Shown here: in pieces, positions 29,202 through 38,900 of the stretch
Layout of the letters: every line of letters begins with the position of its first letter
Numbering within the stretch: the first letter of the stretch is position 1
Assembly (NCBI GenBank): GCA_963826115.1
Contig: CAWGVS010000012.1
Location: 64,001-128,000 of the forward strand
From: an uncultured Candidatus Rokubacteria bacterium
GTDB taxonomy: Bacteria; Methylomirabilota; Methylomirabilia; Rokubacteriales; DASRDR01
DNA: 64,000 nt
Reading direction: 5' to 3'
Notes under the pieces: generated by a model
The model's input: only the letters and a program-made list of their open reading frames with translations
What the model was told of the DNA's origin: nothing
Databases searched by the model: none
Program-made: the position numbers and the translations under genes

Positions 29202-32200
29202 ATGGCCACCCCGCGCCTGGCCGAGCTACTCGGGGACAGCCCGGGGATGCGCGCCCTCCGGGAGACGGCGACGCGACTGCTACAGCGGCAGTCAGAGCGC
29301 GACCGGTCGCCGTCGGGCGGCGGGCCGCCGCCGGCGGGCCGCCTGCCACCGGTGCTGATCCAGGGCGAGACGGGGGTCGGCAAGGGGCTACTCGCGCGAG
29401 CCCTCCACCGCGCGGGGCCGCGGGCGGCCGGGCCCTTCGTCGACGTGAACTGCGCGGCGATTCCCGAGACCCTGCTCGAGGCCGAGCTCTTCGGCTACGA
29501 GCGCGGCGCGTTCACGGACGCGCGACATCCGAAGGCCGGTCTCTTCCAGACCGCGAACCACGGCACGATCTTCCTCGACGAGGTGGGCCTCCTCCCGGAG
29601 GCGCTCCAGGCCAAGCTCCTGAAGGCGCTCGAGGACCGCGCCGTGCGTCGGCTCGGGAGCACCCGGACCGAGCCGATCGACGTCTGGATCCTCACGGCCA
29701 GCAACGAAGACCTGGCGGCGGCCATGCGCGCCCGGCGGTTCCGCGAGGACCTCTATCACCGGCTCGCGGTGATGGTGCTCGGCATCCCGCCGCTGCGGGA
29801 GCGAGGCGAGGACATCGTTCGCCTCGCGACCCACTTCCTCGGCCGCGCGTGTGCGGAGTACCGCCTGCCCTCGCGCACCCTCACGCCCGAGGCACGGGCG
29901 GCCCTCCTCGCCTACCCGTGGCCCGGGAACGTGCGCGAGGTGGCGAACGTGATGGAGCGGGTTGCGCTCCTGTCCGATGCGCCGGTGGTGACCGCGGAGC
30001 TCCTCGGATTGCCGGGGGCTCCCTCGCCGCCGGGCGCGGCCGTTCCGGGGGAAGCGCCGGACGCCGGGGACGCGGGATCGGCGGCGCTCGCCGACGCGCT
30101 CGGGAGCGTGGAGCGGGTGCATCTGATGGAGGCGCTTCGCCAGACGGGGGACAACGTCACGCGGGCCGCCGCGCGTCTCGGAATCTCGCGGGACACGCTC
30201 CGATATCGCATGGCCAAGCACGGCATGAGTCGTGAGGCTCCCGCGCGCCCGGCGGCGGCGCGGAGCCGGTCCGCCCGCGTCGAGCCGCCGGCCGCGGCCG
30301 GCGGGCGGGCCGTGCCCGCGGGCGCGGCCGCCAGGGATACCGGGGCGGGGCCCACCACCGAGGGAGGCGGGCCACTGGCCGTGCGGTGGGAAGGCCGGCG
30401 CCTCGCGTTCCTCCGGAGCGCGCTCGTTCTGCCGGTCGACGCCGATCCCGGATGGAGCCCGAGCCGCGGGCTCGAGACGCTGGTCGAGAAGATCCAGACC
30501 TTCGGCGGCGCGATCGAGGAGATGAGCCCGACGGGCATCGTCGCGACCTTCGGGCTCGAGCCGATCGAAGACGCCCCGCAGCGCGCCGCCCTCGCCGCGA
30601 CGGCGGTGCACAAGGCCGCGGAGCGGGCGGGAGGCGGCGATGGCGCGGCGGTCGGCGTGCGCTCGGGGATCGCCTTCCGGCGCGTCCTCGTCGGGACCTC
30701 GCGCAGCGGGATCCAGATCGATCTGGACGGCAAGCGCGAGGCCTGGGCGGTGCTCGACGCACTCCTCGGCGCCGCCGAGCCCGGCGCCATCCTCGTCGAG
30801 GAGGCCGCGGCAACCCTCCTCTCCCGCCACTTCGACCTCGTGCCGGTCGGCAGCGCCCGCGCGGGCGGCCCGGTCCACCGCCTGGCCACCGAGCGGCGGG
30901 GCCCGAGCGCCGGACGGCGGCCTCCGACGTTCGTGGGGCGCGGACGCGAGCTCGGGCTCCTCTGGAGCCGGCTCGAGGACGCGCTCCGGGGCCACGGACA
31001 GGTGGTCGGGCTGGTGGGCGAGGCCGGCATCGGGAAGTCGCGCCTGCTGCACGAGTTCCGCGAGCGCGTCCTCGCCGAGCCGGAGCGCCGAGTCACCTAC
31101 CTCGAGGGACGGTGCCACTCGTACGCCCGCGCCGTTCCCTACGTGCCGGTCATGGACGTCCTCCGCGCCAACTTTCGCGTCGCCGAGAGCGACAACCCGG
31201 AGACCACCGCCGAGAAGATCCGCGCGGGGCTGGGCGAGGTGGGCATCGAGACCGCCGCGGCCGTCCCCTACCTCTTCCGCCTCTTCGGGCTCCCGGAAGG
31301 CGCCGACGCGCCCGCCGAGCTCCCCTCGGCCGTCAAGGCCCGCACCTTCGAGGTGCTGCGTCAGCTCATCCTCCTCGGCGCCCGCCGGCGGCCGATCCTC
31401 TTCGTCGTCGAGGACCTCCACTGGATCGACTCCACCTCCGAGGAGTGCTTCACCGCGCTCATGGACAGCGCCGCCAAGGCGTCAGCCATGTGCATCGTGA
31501 CCTACCGGCCGGGCTACCGCGCGCCGTGGATGGACCGCTCGTACGTCACCCAGGTCGCCCTGCCCCCGCTCTCGCGCGAGGAGAGCCTGAGCGTGGTCCG
31601 CTCGATCCGGCGGGCCGACGCCGTGCCCGACCGGATGGCCGAGGTGATCCTGGAGAAGGCGGAAGGCAACCCCTTCTTCCTGGAAGAGCTGTCGCGTGCG
31701 GTCGAGGGCGCGATCGATCTCCCGGCGGGCCCCGCCGTGCCCGACACCATCCAGGAGGTGCTCCTCGCCCGGATCGACCGGCTGGCCGACGAGCCCCGGC
31801 GACTCCTGCAAACGGCCGCCGTCGTCGGGCCGGAGGTGCCGCTCCCGTTGCTCCGCGCCGTGTGGGAGGGGGAGCTCGACGTGCATCTCCGCGAGCTCAT
31901 GCGCCTCGAGTTCCTCTACGCGAAGACCGGCGGCAGCGACCCCCTCTGCGCCTTCACCCACAGCCTCACCCGCGACGTGGCCTACGAGAGCCTGCCGCGC
32001 GGACGTCGCCGGGCCCTCCACGGCACGATCGCGCGGGCGCTCGAGGCAATGCACGCCGACCGGCTCGCGGACGTGTACGACCGGCTGGCCCACCACTACG
32101 GGCGGACGGACGAGGCGGCCCGGGCGGTCCACTATCTGACGCTGCTCGCCGACAAGGCGGTCGCGGCGAACGCCCACACGGAGGCGGTCCGGATCCTCGA

Positions 32201-33377
32201 GGAGGCGCGGGCCCACGTGGACCGCCTGCCCGCTGGCGAGCAGGACCGGCGGCGACTCGAGCTCGCGCTCCGCCAGGCCTACTCCCTGATCCCGCTCGGC
32301 CTCTTCCAGGACGTCGTGGATCTCCTCCTCCGTCACCAGGTGGCGCTGGAGAACCTCGACGACCCTCGGCTCGCCGGGTCCTATCACTTCCTGCTCGGGC
32401 GGAGCTACCTGTTCCTCGGCGACCAGCGACAGGCCTCGGACCACCTCGAGCTCGGGCTCGGGGAAGCGATGCGCGGCGACGACGAGACGACACGGGGACG
32501 GATCCACTACGTGCTCGCCCAGCACGCCGCGATGGCCGGCCATCCGCGCGACGGTCTCGGGCATGCGCGCCAGGCCATCCAGTTCCTCGAGCGGACCGTC
32601 GAGCCGTGGTGGATCGGCCCCGCCCACTGGGCGCTCGGGCTGAACCACACGGTTCTCGGGGAATTCGACGCCGCCCTCGCGGCCCAGGCGCGGGCGACGG
32701 CCCACGGCCACGCCGTGGGCGATCCGCAGATCATCGCCTCCGCGCACTGGGCGAGTGGGCTCGTCCACGTGTGCCGGGGCGACTGGGAGACGGCGATCCG
32801 GAGCTGCGAGGAGGCGCTCGCGCTCTCGCCCGACCCCTTGAACACGGCGATGGCCCTCGGGTGGCTCGGCGTGGCGTGGCTCGAGCGGGGGGAGCTCGGC
32901 CAGGCCGTCCCGCGGCTCGAGGAGGCCCTCCGTCTCCACGAGCAGTTCGGGTTCCGGCAAGCGCAAGCCTGGTTCTCGACGTTTCTCGCCGAGGCGCACC
33001 AGCGCGCGCAGCGGCTCGAGACCGCCCTCGAGCTCGCGAGCCAGGGACTCGACCTCGCCAGGGCCACCCGGATGCCGCAGGGCACCGGCTGGGCCGAGCG
33101 CACGCTCGGCCACATCGCTCAGGCCCGGGGGGCCCTCGGAGACGCGGAGGACCATCTCCGCGAGGCGCTCCGCGTCTTCGAGCTCGTGGAGGCGCGCTTC
33201 GAGATCGCCCGCACCCGCCTCGACCTCGCCGCGCTCGCGCGCGCGCGTGGCCAGTCGGTCGCGTGCGCGGAACACCTGGCCGAGGCGCACCGGGAGTTCC
33301 GGGCCCTCGCCGTCCCGCGATGGGTCGAGCGGGCGGAAGCATGCGCGCGCGACTGGGGCCTCGCCCTCTCGCGGTAG
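29202..33377 (+). CDS. multidomain sigma54 activator: AAA+ bEBP - Fis HTH - degenerate class III cyclase - STAND NTPase - TPR (paralog 1)
   Basis: GETGVGKG, VNCAA, ELFGYERGAFTDA, IFLDEV, FREDLYHRL, WPGNVRE; HTH NVTRAAARLGISRDTLRYRM; FVGRGREL, GEAGIGKS, VEDLHWID, AEGNPFFLEE; helical repeats to the C-terminus. Confidence 0.9.
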   Translation: MATPRLAELLGDSPGMRALRETATRLLQRQSERDRSPSGGGPPPAGRLPPVLIQGETGVGKGLLARALHRAGPRAAGPFVDVNCAAIPETLLEAELFGYERGAFTDARHPKAGLFQTANHGTIFLDEVGLLPEALQAKLLKALEDRAVRRLGSTRTEPIDVWILTASNEDLAAAMRARRFREDLYHRLAVMVLGIPPLRERGEDIVRLATHFLGRACAEYRLPSRTLTPEARAALLAYPWPGNVREVANVMERVALLSDAPVVTAELLGLPGAPSPPGAAVPGEAPDAGDAGSAALADALGSVERVHLMEALRQTGDNVTRAAARLGISRDTLRYRMAKHGMSREAPARPAAARSRSARVEPPAAAGGRAVPAGAAARDTGAGPTTEGGGPLAVRWEGRRLAFLRSALVLPVDADPGWSPSRGLETLVEKIQTFGGAIEEMSPTGIVATFGLEPIEDAPQRAALAATAVHKAAERAGGGDGAAVGVRSGIAFRRVLVGTSRSGIQIDLDGKREAWAVLDALLGAAEPGAILVEEAAATLLSRHFDLVPVGSARAGGPVHRLATERRGPSAGRRPPTFVGRGRELGLLWSRLEDALRGHGQVVGLVGEAGIGKSRLLHEFRERVLAEPERRVTYLEGRCHSYARAVPYVPVMDVLRANFRVAESDNPETTAEKIRAGLGEVGIETAAAVPYLFRLFGLPEGADAPAELPSAVKARTFEVLRQLILLGARRRPILFVVEDLHWIDSTSEECFTALMDSAAKASAMCIVTYRPGYRAPWMDRSYVTQVALPPLSREESLSVVRSIRRADAVPDRMAEVILEKAEGNPFFLEELSRAVEGAIDLPAGPAVPDTIQEVLLARIDRLADEPRRLLQTAAVVGPEVPLPLLRAVWEGELDVHLRELMRLEFLYAKTGGSDPLCAFTHSLTRDVAYESLPRGRRRALHGTIARALEAMHADRLADVYDRLAHHYGRTDEAARAVHYLTLLADKAVAANAHTEAVRILEEARAHVDRLPAGEQDRRRLELALRQAYSLIPLGLFQDVVDLLLRHQVALENLDDPRLAGSYHFLLGRSYLFLGDQRQASDHLELGLGEAMRGDDETTRGRIHYVLAQHAAMAGHPRDGLGHARQAIQFLERTVEPWWIGPAHWALGLNHTVLGEFDAALAAQARATAHGHAVGDPQIIASAHWASGLVHVCRGDWETAIRSCEEALALSPDPLNTAMALGWLGVAWLERGELGQAVPRLEEALRLHEQFGFRQAQAWFSTFLAEAHQRAQRLETALELASQGLDLARATRMPQGTGWAERTLGHIAQARGALGDAEDHLREALRVFELVEARFEIARTRLDLAALARARGQSVACAEHLAEAHREFRALAVPRWVERAEACARDWGLALSR

Positions 33378-33387
33378 ACTGGCGGGC

Positions 33388-33921
33388 GTGTCGCTCGACA
33401 TCGAGCCCCTGACCCCGGCGGGCGTGCAGGCCCACCGCCACGTTCTGGCCGCCCTCCTCCGCGACGCGGTGGACAGCGGCGCGTCCGTCGGTTTCCTCCC
33501 GCCGCTCTCCGACGCCGAGGCGGTCGCGTACTGGGACACCGTCGCGGCCGCCGTCGACGAGGGCTCGCGGCTGGCCCTGGTCGCCCACGATCAGGCCCTG
33601 GGGCTCGTGGGCTCCGCCCAGCTCGACCTCGCGATGCGCGCGAACGCCCGGCATCGGGCCGAGGTGTCGAAGGTGATGGTCCACCAGCGGGCCCGCCGCC
33701 GCGGGGTCGGCCGCGCCCTCATGCTCGCGCTCGAGGATCACGCCCGCCGGCTCGGGCGCACGACGCTCATCCTCGACACGCGCCAGGGGGATCCGTCGGA
33801 GACGCTGTACCGGTCGCTCGGCTGGACGTTCGCCGGCGCGATCCCCGCGTACGCCCGCAGCGCCTCCGGCGCCCTCGACGCGACGGCCTACTACTACAAG
33901 CTCCTCGACCGGGCCCCCTGA
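33388..33921 (+). CDS. GNAT N-acetyltransferase
   Basis: DSGASVGF, NARHRAEVSK, ARRRGVGRALM, LDTRQG, LYRSLGW. Confidence 0.88.
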   Translation: MSLDIEPLTPAGVQAHRHVLAALLRDAVDSGASVGFLPPLSDAEAVAYWDTVAAAVDEGSRLALVAHDQALGLVGSAQLDLAMRANARHRAEVSKVMVHQRARRRGVGRALMLALEDHARRLGRTTLILDTRQGDPSETLYRSLGWTFAGAIPAYARSASGALDATAYYYKLLDRAP

Positions 33922-33937
33922 CCGGGCCCGCCGGCCC

Positions 33938-35317
33938 TCAGGCCAGAGGCTCGCTGGCTGGCTCGACGGAGCCCGGCGTCTCCGCGCCCCGCCCGAGGGC
34001 GGCGTAGGCGGCGAGGCGCGCGTCCCGCCGCTGCGCGACGAAGCGCAGGAGGCGCGCCTCCGTCTCGCGCCGCGTGTACGTCCGCTCGAACAGCCAGCGG
34101 AGCCCCGCCTCGAGCTCCTCGACCGTCATGCGCTTCGGGCGGTAGGTCACGTCGAAGAGCGTGCACCGGTCCCAGTACCGCTCCTGGAGGAGGCGGCCCT
34201 CGCGGCGGAGCCGCGCGTGGAGCGGCGTGCCCGGGAACGGCGTCAGGACCGTGTACTGCACCTCCGCCAGCCCGGAGCTCCGGACGAACTCCAGCACGTC
34301 GCCGAAGACGTCGGGCGTGTGGGCGTCGAGGCCCAGGATGAAGCAGCCGTTGACGCTCACCCCGCGCGACTGGAGCGTGTCGATGGCCCGCCGGAGGCGC
34401 GGCGCCTGGCGCCGCTTCCACTCGGCGGGGTCCAGGCCCGTCAGGTCGTCGGCCCGCGGGCTCTCGAAGCCGATGAGGAGCTGGCGACAACCGGAGGCGG
34501 CGAGCCGGGCGCAGAGCCGGGGGTCGTCGGCCACGGAAACATCGGTCTCCGTGAAGTAGCGGATCCCCTCCGGCGTCACCGCGCGAAGGAACTCGTCGGT
34601 CCAGCGCCGGTCGAGGAAGCTGTTGTCGTCCGCCAGCTCGAAGAACGGCTCCGCGACGTGGGGACGCGCCGCCCGGATCTCGGCGATCACGCGGTCCACC
34701 GGCTTCTGGTTGAAGCGCGACGTGATCCGGAGGCTCGCCGCGCAGAACTCGCAGGCGCGCGGGCAGCCCCGTGAGGTCTGGACCGTGACCCGGTTGTACG
34801 GGCGCCCCGCGAGGAGGTCGAAGCGGGGCGCGGCGTAGAGGTCGGGCTCGAAGACCCGCTCGCGCGCCCCCTGGTAGACGCGCGCGAGCCGGCCCTGCTC
34901 GGCGTCCGCCACGAGCCGCGGCCACGCGCCCTCGGCGCCGCCCACCACCACGGCGTCGGCGTGCTGGAGCGCCTCGTCGGGCAGGAGTGACACGTGAAGG
35001 CCCCCCAGCACGACGGGGGTGCCGCGCGCCCGGAAGCGGCCCGCCAGCTCGTACGCCGCGTCGATCCGGGCTGTGAAGCTCGAGATCCCGACGAGGTCGA
35101 ACTCCGGCACGGGCTCGATGCTCCGGAGGTCGTCCACCTCGAGGTAGTGGACGTCATGCCCCGGGGGCGTGAGCCCGGCCACGGTGAGGAGCCCGAGGCT
35201 CGGCAGCTGCGCGATGACGCGACCCCGCCGGACGAAGCCCGGCAGCGTGACCCCGAGCGCCGCAAGCTCGGCCGTGCGGACGCGGACGCCGCTCATCGCG
35301 ATCAGCCCGATCCTCAC
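33938..35317 (-). CDS. cobalamin-binding radical SAM protein
   Basis: PSLGLLTVAG, VVLGGLHVS (B12 domain); TSRGCPRACEFC (CxxxCxxC), ADDN, IGFES, FILGLD, LTPFPGTPL. GTG start overlaps the upstream stop. Confidence 0.9.
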   Translation of the reverse strand: MRIGLIAMSGVRVRTAELAALGVTLPGFVRRGRVIAQLPSLGLLTVAGLTPPGHDVHYLEVDDLRSIEPVPEFDLVGISSFTARIDAAYELAGRFRARGTPVVLGGLHVSLLPDEALQHADAVVVGGAEGAWPRLVADAEQGRLARVYQGARERVFEPDLYAAPRFDLLAGRPYNRVTVQTSRGCPRACEFCAASLRITSRFNQKPVDRVIAEIRAARPHVAEPFFELADDNSFLDRRWTDEFLRAVTPEGIRYFTETDVSVADDPRLCARLAASGCRQLLIGFESPRADDLTGLDPAEWKRRQAPRLRRAIDTLQSRGVSVNGCFILGLDAHTPDVFGDVLEFVRSSGLAEVQYTVLTPFPGTPLHARLRREGRLLQERYWDRCTLFDVTYRPKRMTVEELEAGLRWLFERTYTRRETEARLLRFVAQRRDARLAAYAALGRGAETPGSVEPASEPLA

Positions 35318-35793
35318 GGGACGGCTCCGTCGCTCGCGCCCAGGGCGCGTCCGGGCAGCCCGGCCGCCAGGAGGCCGACCGCGCCGATCAGCGCCAGCAC
35401 GGGAGCCGGCAGGAGATAGCATCCGGGTCCCCAGAACGCCCCCAGGACGAGGACGCACGGGAGCGCCACCGTGCCGAAGAGGAGGCAGCGACACCCCGCG
35501 CGCCGCGTGGCGCGGCTCCATCGCGTCCTCGCCATCCACGGGATGTAGAGGAGGTTCAGCACCGGCAGCGCGATCGCGGCGATGTGCCCGAGCCGCACGA
35601 GCCGCCGCGGGAGGTCGTCGAACGCGCGGAACCCCGGCGGCGGGGCCACGGGCCCGCCGAAGGACCAGAGCCCGAGCACGGCGCCGCCAGCCATGCTGAT
35701 CCCGATCATCCACCACGCGACCCGGACGTTGACGTGCCCCGGGGGCCGCCCCGTCCGATTCGCGCCGCTCACCAGCCCAGCCTCTCTGTCCAT
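35314..35793 (-). CDS. small 4-TM membrane protein of unknown function
   Basis: Four hydrophobic segments; RRLVRLGH motif; first gene after a sigma54 promoter. Confidence 0.65.
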   Translation of the reverse strand: MDREAGLVSGANRTGRPPGHVNVRVAWWMIGISMAGGAVLGLWSFGGPVAPPPGFRAFDDLPRRLVRLGHIAAIALPVLNLLYIPWMARTRWSRATRRAGCRCLLFGTVALPCVLVLGAFWGPGCYLLPAPVLALIGAVGLLAAGLPGRALGASDGAVP

Positions 35794-35819
35794 GGTGTCC
35801 TGCTTGCACTCTCAGGGAG

Positions 35820-35835
35820 GGCAATGGGGATGCCA
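35820..35835 (-). promoter_or_regulatory. sigma54 (RpoN) -24/-12 promoter of the 35793-33938 operon
   Basis: Minus strand TGGCAT-CCCCA-TTGCC, 26 nt upstream of ATG 35793; divergent from the second activator. Confidence 0.82.
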
Positions 35836-35854
35836 CCAGGCGCAATCAACGAAA

Positions 35855-35867
35855 AAACAGGAGGTTG
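35855..35867 (+). promoter_or_regulatory. IHF-like site
   Basis: AAACAGGAGGTTG, same single mismatch to WATCARNNNNTTR, about 20 nt upstream of the -24 box, within an A-tract. Confidence 0.4.
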
Positions 35868-35989
35868 CGATGGCCATCGGGCTACCGATCCAGGCCGGTG
35901 TGGTGGGGGAACCCCCAATCTGGGTGGGGGAGCGGCGCATGGGAACGGGTCACTCCAGCCGCCCCAACGGGCGTAAGATACCGCCACCC

Positions 35990-38900
35990 ATGGGCCCGCT
36001 CGCCGCGCTCCTCGGCGACTCGCCCGCCATCAAGGCGCTTCGGGAGAAGGTCGCCCGGCTCCTTCAGCACCCGTCCGACCGCGGGCGACTGCCGCCGGTC
36101 CTCATACAGGGCGAGACCGGCACCGGCAAGGGTCTGCTCGCCGACGTCCTCCATCGCGAGGGGCCTCGGGCGGACCAGCCATTCGTCCCCGTCAACTGCG
36201 CCGCCATCCCCTTGAACCTGCTCGAGGCGGAGCTGTTCGGCTTCGAGCGAGGCGCGTTCACGGACGCGCGACAGCCGAAGCCCGGGCTGTTCCAGGCGGC
36301 CAACCGGGGCACGCTCTTCCTCGACGAGATCGGAGAGCTGCCGCTCGAGCTCCAGGCGAAGCTCCTCAAGGTCCTGGAGGACCGCACCGTGCGCCGGCTG
36401 GGCGCCACGCGCTCGGAGCCGGTCGACGTCTGGATCGTCACGGCGAGCAACGAGGACCTGGAGGCCGCGGTGCGCGAGCGCAAGTTCCGCGAGGACCTCT
36501 ACCACCGCCTCGCCGTCTTTCCCCTGCGCATGCCGCCGCTCCGCGAGCGCGGCCACGACGTCATCCTCCTCGGCGAGCACTTCCTCCGGCAGGCCTGCGC
36601 CGAGTACGCGCTGCCGGTGAAGTCGCTCGCGCCCGACGCGCGCGCCGCGCTCCTCGCGCATCCGTGGAAGGGCAACGTCCGCGAGTTGACGAACACGATG
36701 GAGCGCGTCGCGGTCCTGGTCGACGCCCCGGTCGTGACGGCGGTCATGCTGGACCTGTCGGTTCCGCCGGACCGCGTCGAGGCCTCGGGCAAGGCGCCGT
36801 CGGACTCCGCCCCCTCGAGCCGGGCGCTCGGCGAAACGCTGGACGCCGTCGAGCGGCACCGGCTCCTCGAAGCGCTCGACGAGACCTTCTGGAACGTGAC
36901 GCGCGCCGCCCGCCGGCTCGGGATCTCGCGCGATACCCTGCGCTACCGGATCGAGAAGCACGGGCTCCGGTCGGGCGGGCGGCGGTCCGCAGCCGAACCG
37001 CCGCCCACCGCCGAGCTGACACCGGCGCCGCCGCCTCGCCCGCCGGTCACCCCGGAGGCGCCGGCCGCCGCGATCCGCTGGGAGCAGCGGCGCGTGACGC
37101 TCCTCCGGGCCGTGATCGATGGCCCACCGCTCGCGGACGACCGGCTGTATCCGACCCGGCTGATCGAAGCGCTCCAGGAGAAGGCGCTGACCTTCGGGGG
37201 CCGCGTGGAGGACCTCGGTCCCACCGGGATCGTGGCCAGCTTCGGGCTCGAGCCCGTCGAGGACGCGACCCGCCGGGCCGCGCACGCGGCGGTGGCGATC
37301 CGCAAGGCCGTCGAGCGCGAGAGGCGCGCCGAACCCCCGATCACGGTGCGCATGGGCATCCACGTGACCCAGCTCCTCGTCGGGCACGCCGGGCGCGACA
37401 TTCGGCTCGAGCTGGACGGCAAGCGTCGGGCCTGGGACGCGCTCGAGCGGCTCGTCCTGCGGGCCGATCCGGACCGGACGGTCGTGTCCGAGGCCGCGGG
37501 CCCGTTCCTGGACCGGCGGTTCGCGCTCGTGCTCCTCCCGGCGCCCGGGCCCGGCGACACCCCGGTCTATCGTCTCGACGGCGTCGAGCGGGGCGGCCTC
37601 GGGTCGGGCCGGCGGCTCACGGTCCTGGCGGGGCGCGGCCGCGAGCTGGAGTTCCTGCGGGACCGGCTCGCCTCCGCGGCCGAGGGGCGCGGCCAGGTGG
37701 TGGGCATCGTGGGCGAGGCCGGCATCGGCAAGTCGCGCCTCCTGCACGAGCTCCGGAAGAGCCTCCGGGGCGAGCGCGTCGCCTGGTTCGAGGGCCACTG
37801 CCCCTCGTACGGGAGCGCCGTGCCCTACCTGCCCGTCATCGCGATCCTCCGGCGGAGCTTCCACATCGCCGAGAGCGACAGCCCGGCCTCGACGGCGCGC
37901 AAGGTCCGGTCGAGGCTCGAGGAGCTCGGCATGGACCCGGAGGAGTACGCCGTCTACCTCCACCATCTCCTCGGCGTGAAGCACGAGACGGAGCGCCTCA
38001 GCATGCTCACGCCCGAGGCCATCCGGGCCCGGACCGTCGACGCCCTTCGCCAGATGGGCCTCCGCGGCAGCCGACAGCGGCCGACCGTGTACGTCTGCGA
38101 AGACCTCCAGTGGATCGACCGCACGTCCGAGGAGTGCCTGCACGCCCTCCTCGAGACCACCACGGGCGCCTCCGTCCTGTCGCTCTTCACGTACCGCCCC
38201 GGCTACCACCCGCCCTGGATGAACAAGTCCTACGCGACCCAGCTCGCGCTTCAGCCGCTCTCGCGGGGCGACAGCGAGCAGATCGTCGAGTCCCTGCTGC
38301 TGGCCCGCGGCGGCCACGACGCCCTCGCGCCCGCGATCCTCAGCAAGGCCGAGGGCAACCCGTTCTTCCTCGAGGAGCTCTGCCGGACCGTGGCCGAGCA
38401 GCCCGACGCGGCCGGCGGGCTCGCGGTGCCGGACACGGTCCAGGAGGCGTTGCGGGCGCGGATCGACCGCCTGCCGGAGGACGTGAAGGACGCCCTCCGC
38501 CTGGCCTCGGTCATCGGTCGCGAGGTCCCGTTGCGGCTCCTCCAGGCCGTGTGGCGGGGCCCGGGCGACATCGAGCGGCACCTCCGCGAGCTGACGCGGC
38601 TCGAGTTCCTGTTCGAGCAGACCCGGTTCGGCGAGTCCGTCTACGTCTTCAAGCACGCGCTCACGCAGGAGGTCGTGTACGACAGCCTGCCGGTCACGCA
38701 CCGGCATGCCCTCCACGCGGCGGCGGCGCGCGCCCTCGAGCGGCTCTACGAGGGCCGCCTCGAGGAGGCGGACGACCGGCTCGCGTATCACTACGCCCGC
38801 ACCGACCAGTCGGACCGCGCCGTGGAATGCCTCTCGCGCGTCGCGCAGAAGGCGGCCCGCGGCCACGCGCACGCCGAGGCGCTCGCGGCGCTCGACGAGG

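Noticed and set aside
35582-35989. N-terminal 136-aa extension of the second activator as a possible sensor domain
   Set aside because: It overlaps the divergent gene and the sigma54 promoter, and similarity to paralog 1 begins only at Met 35990.
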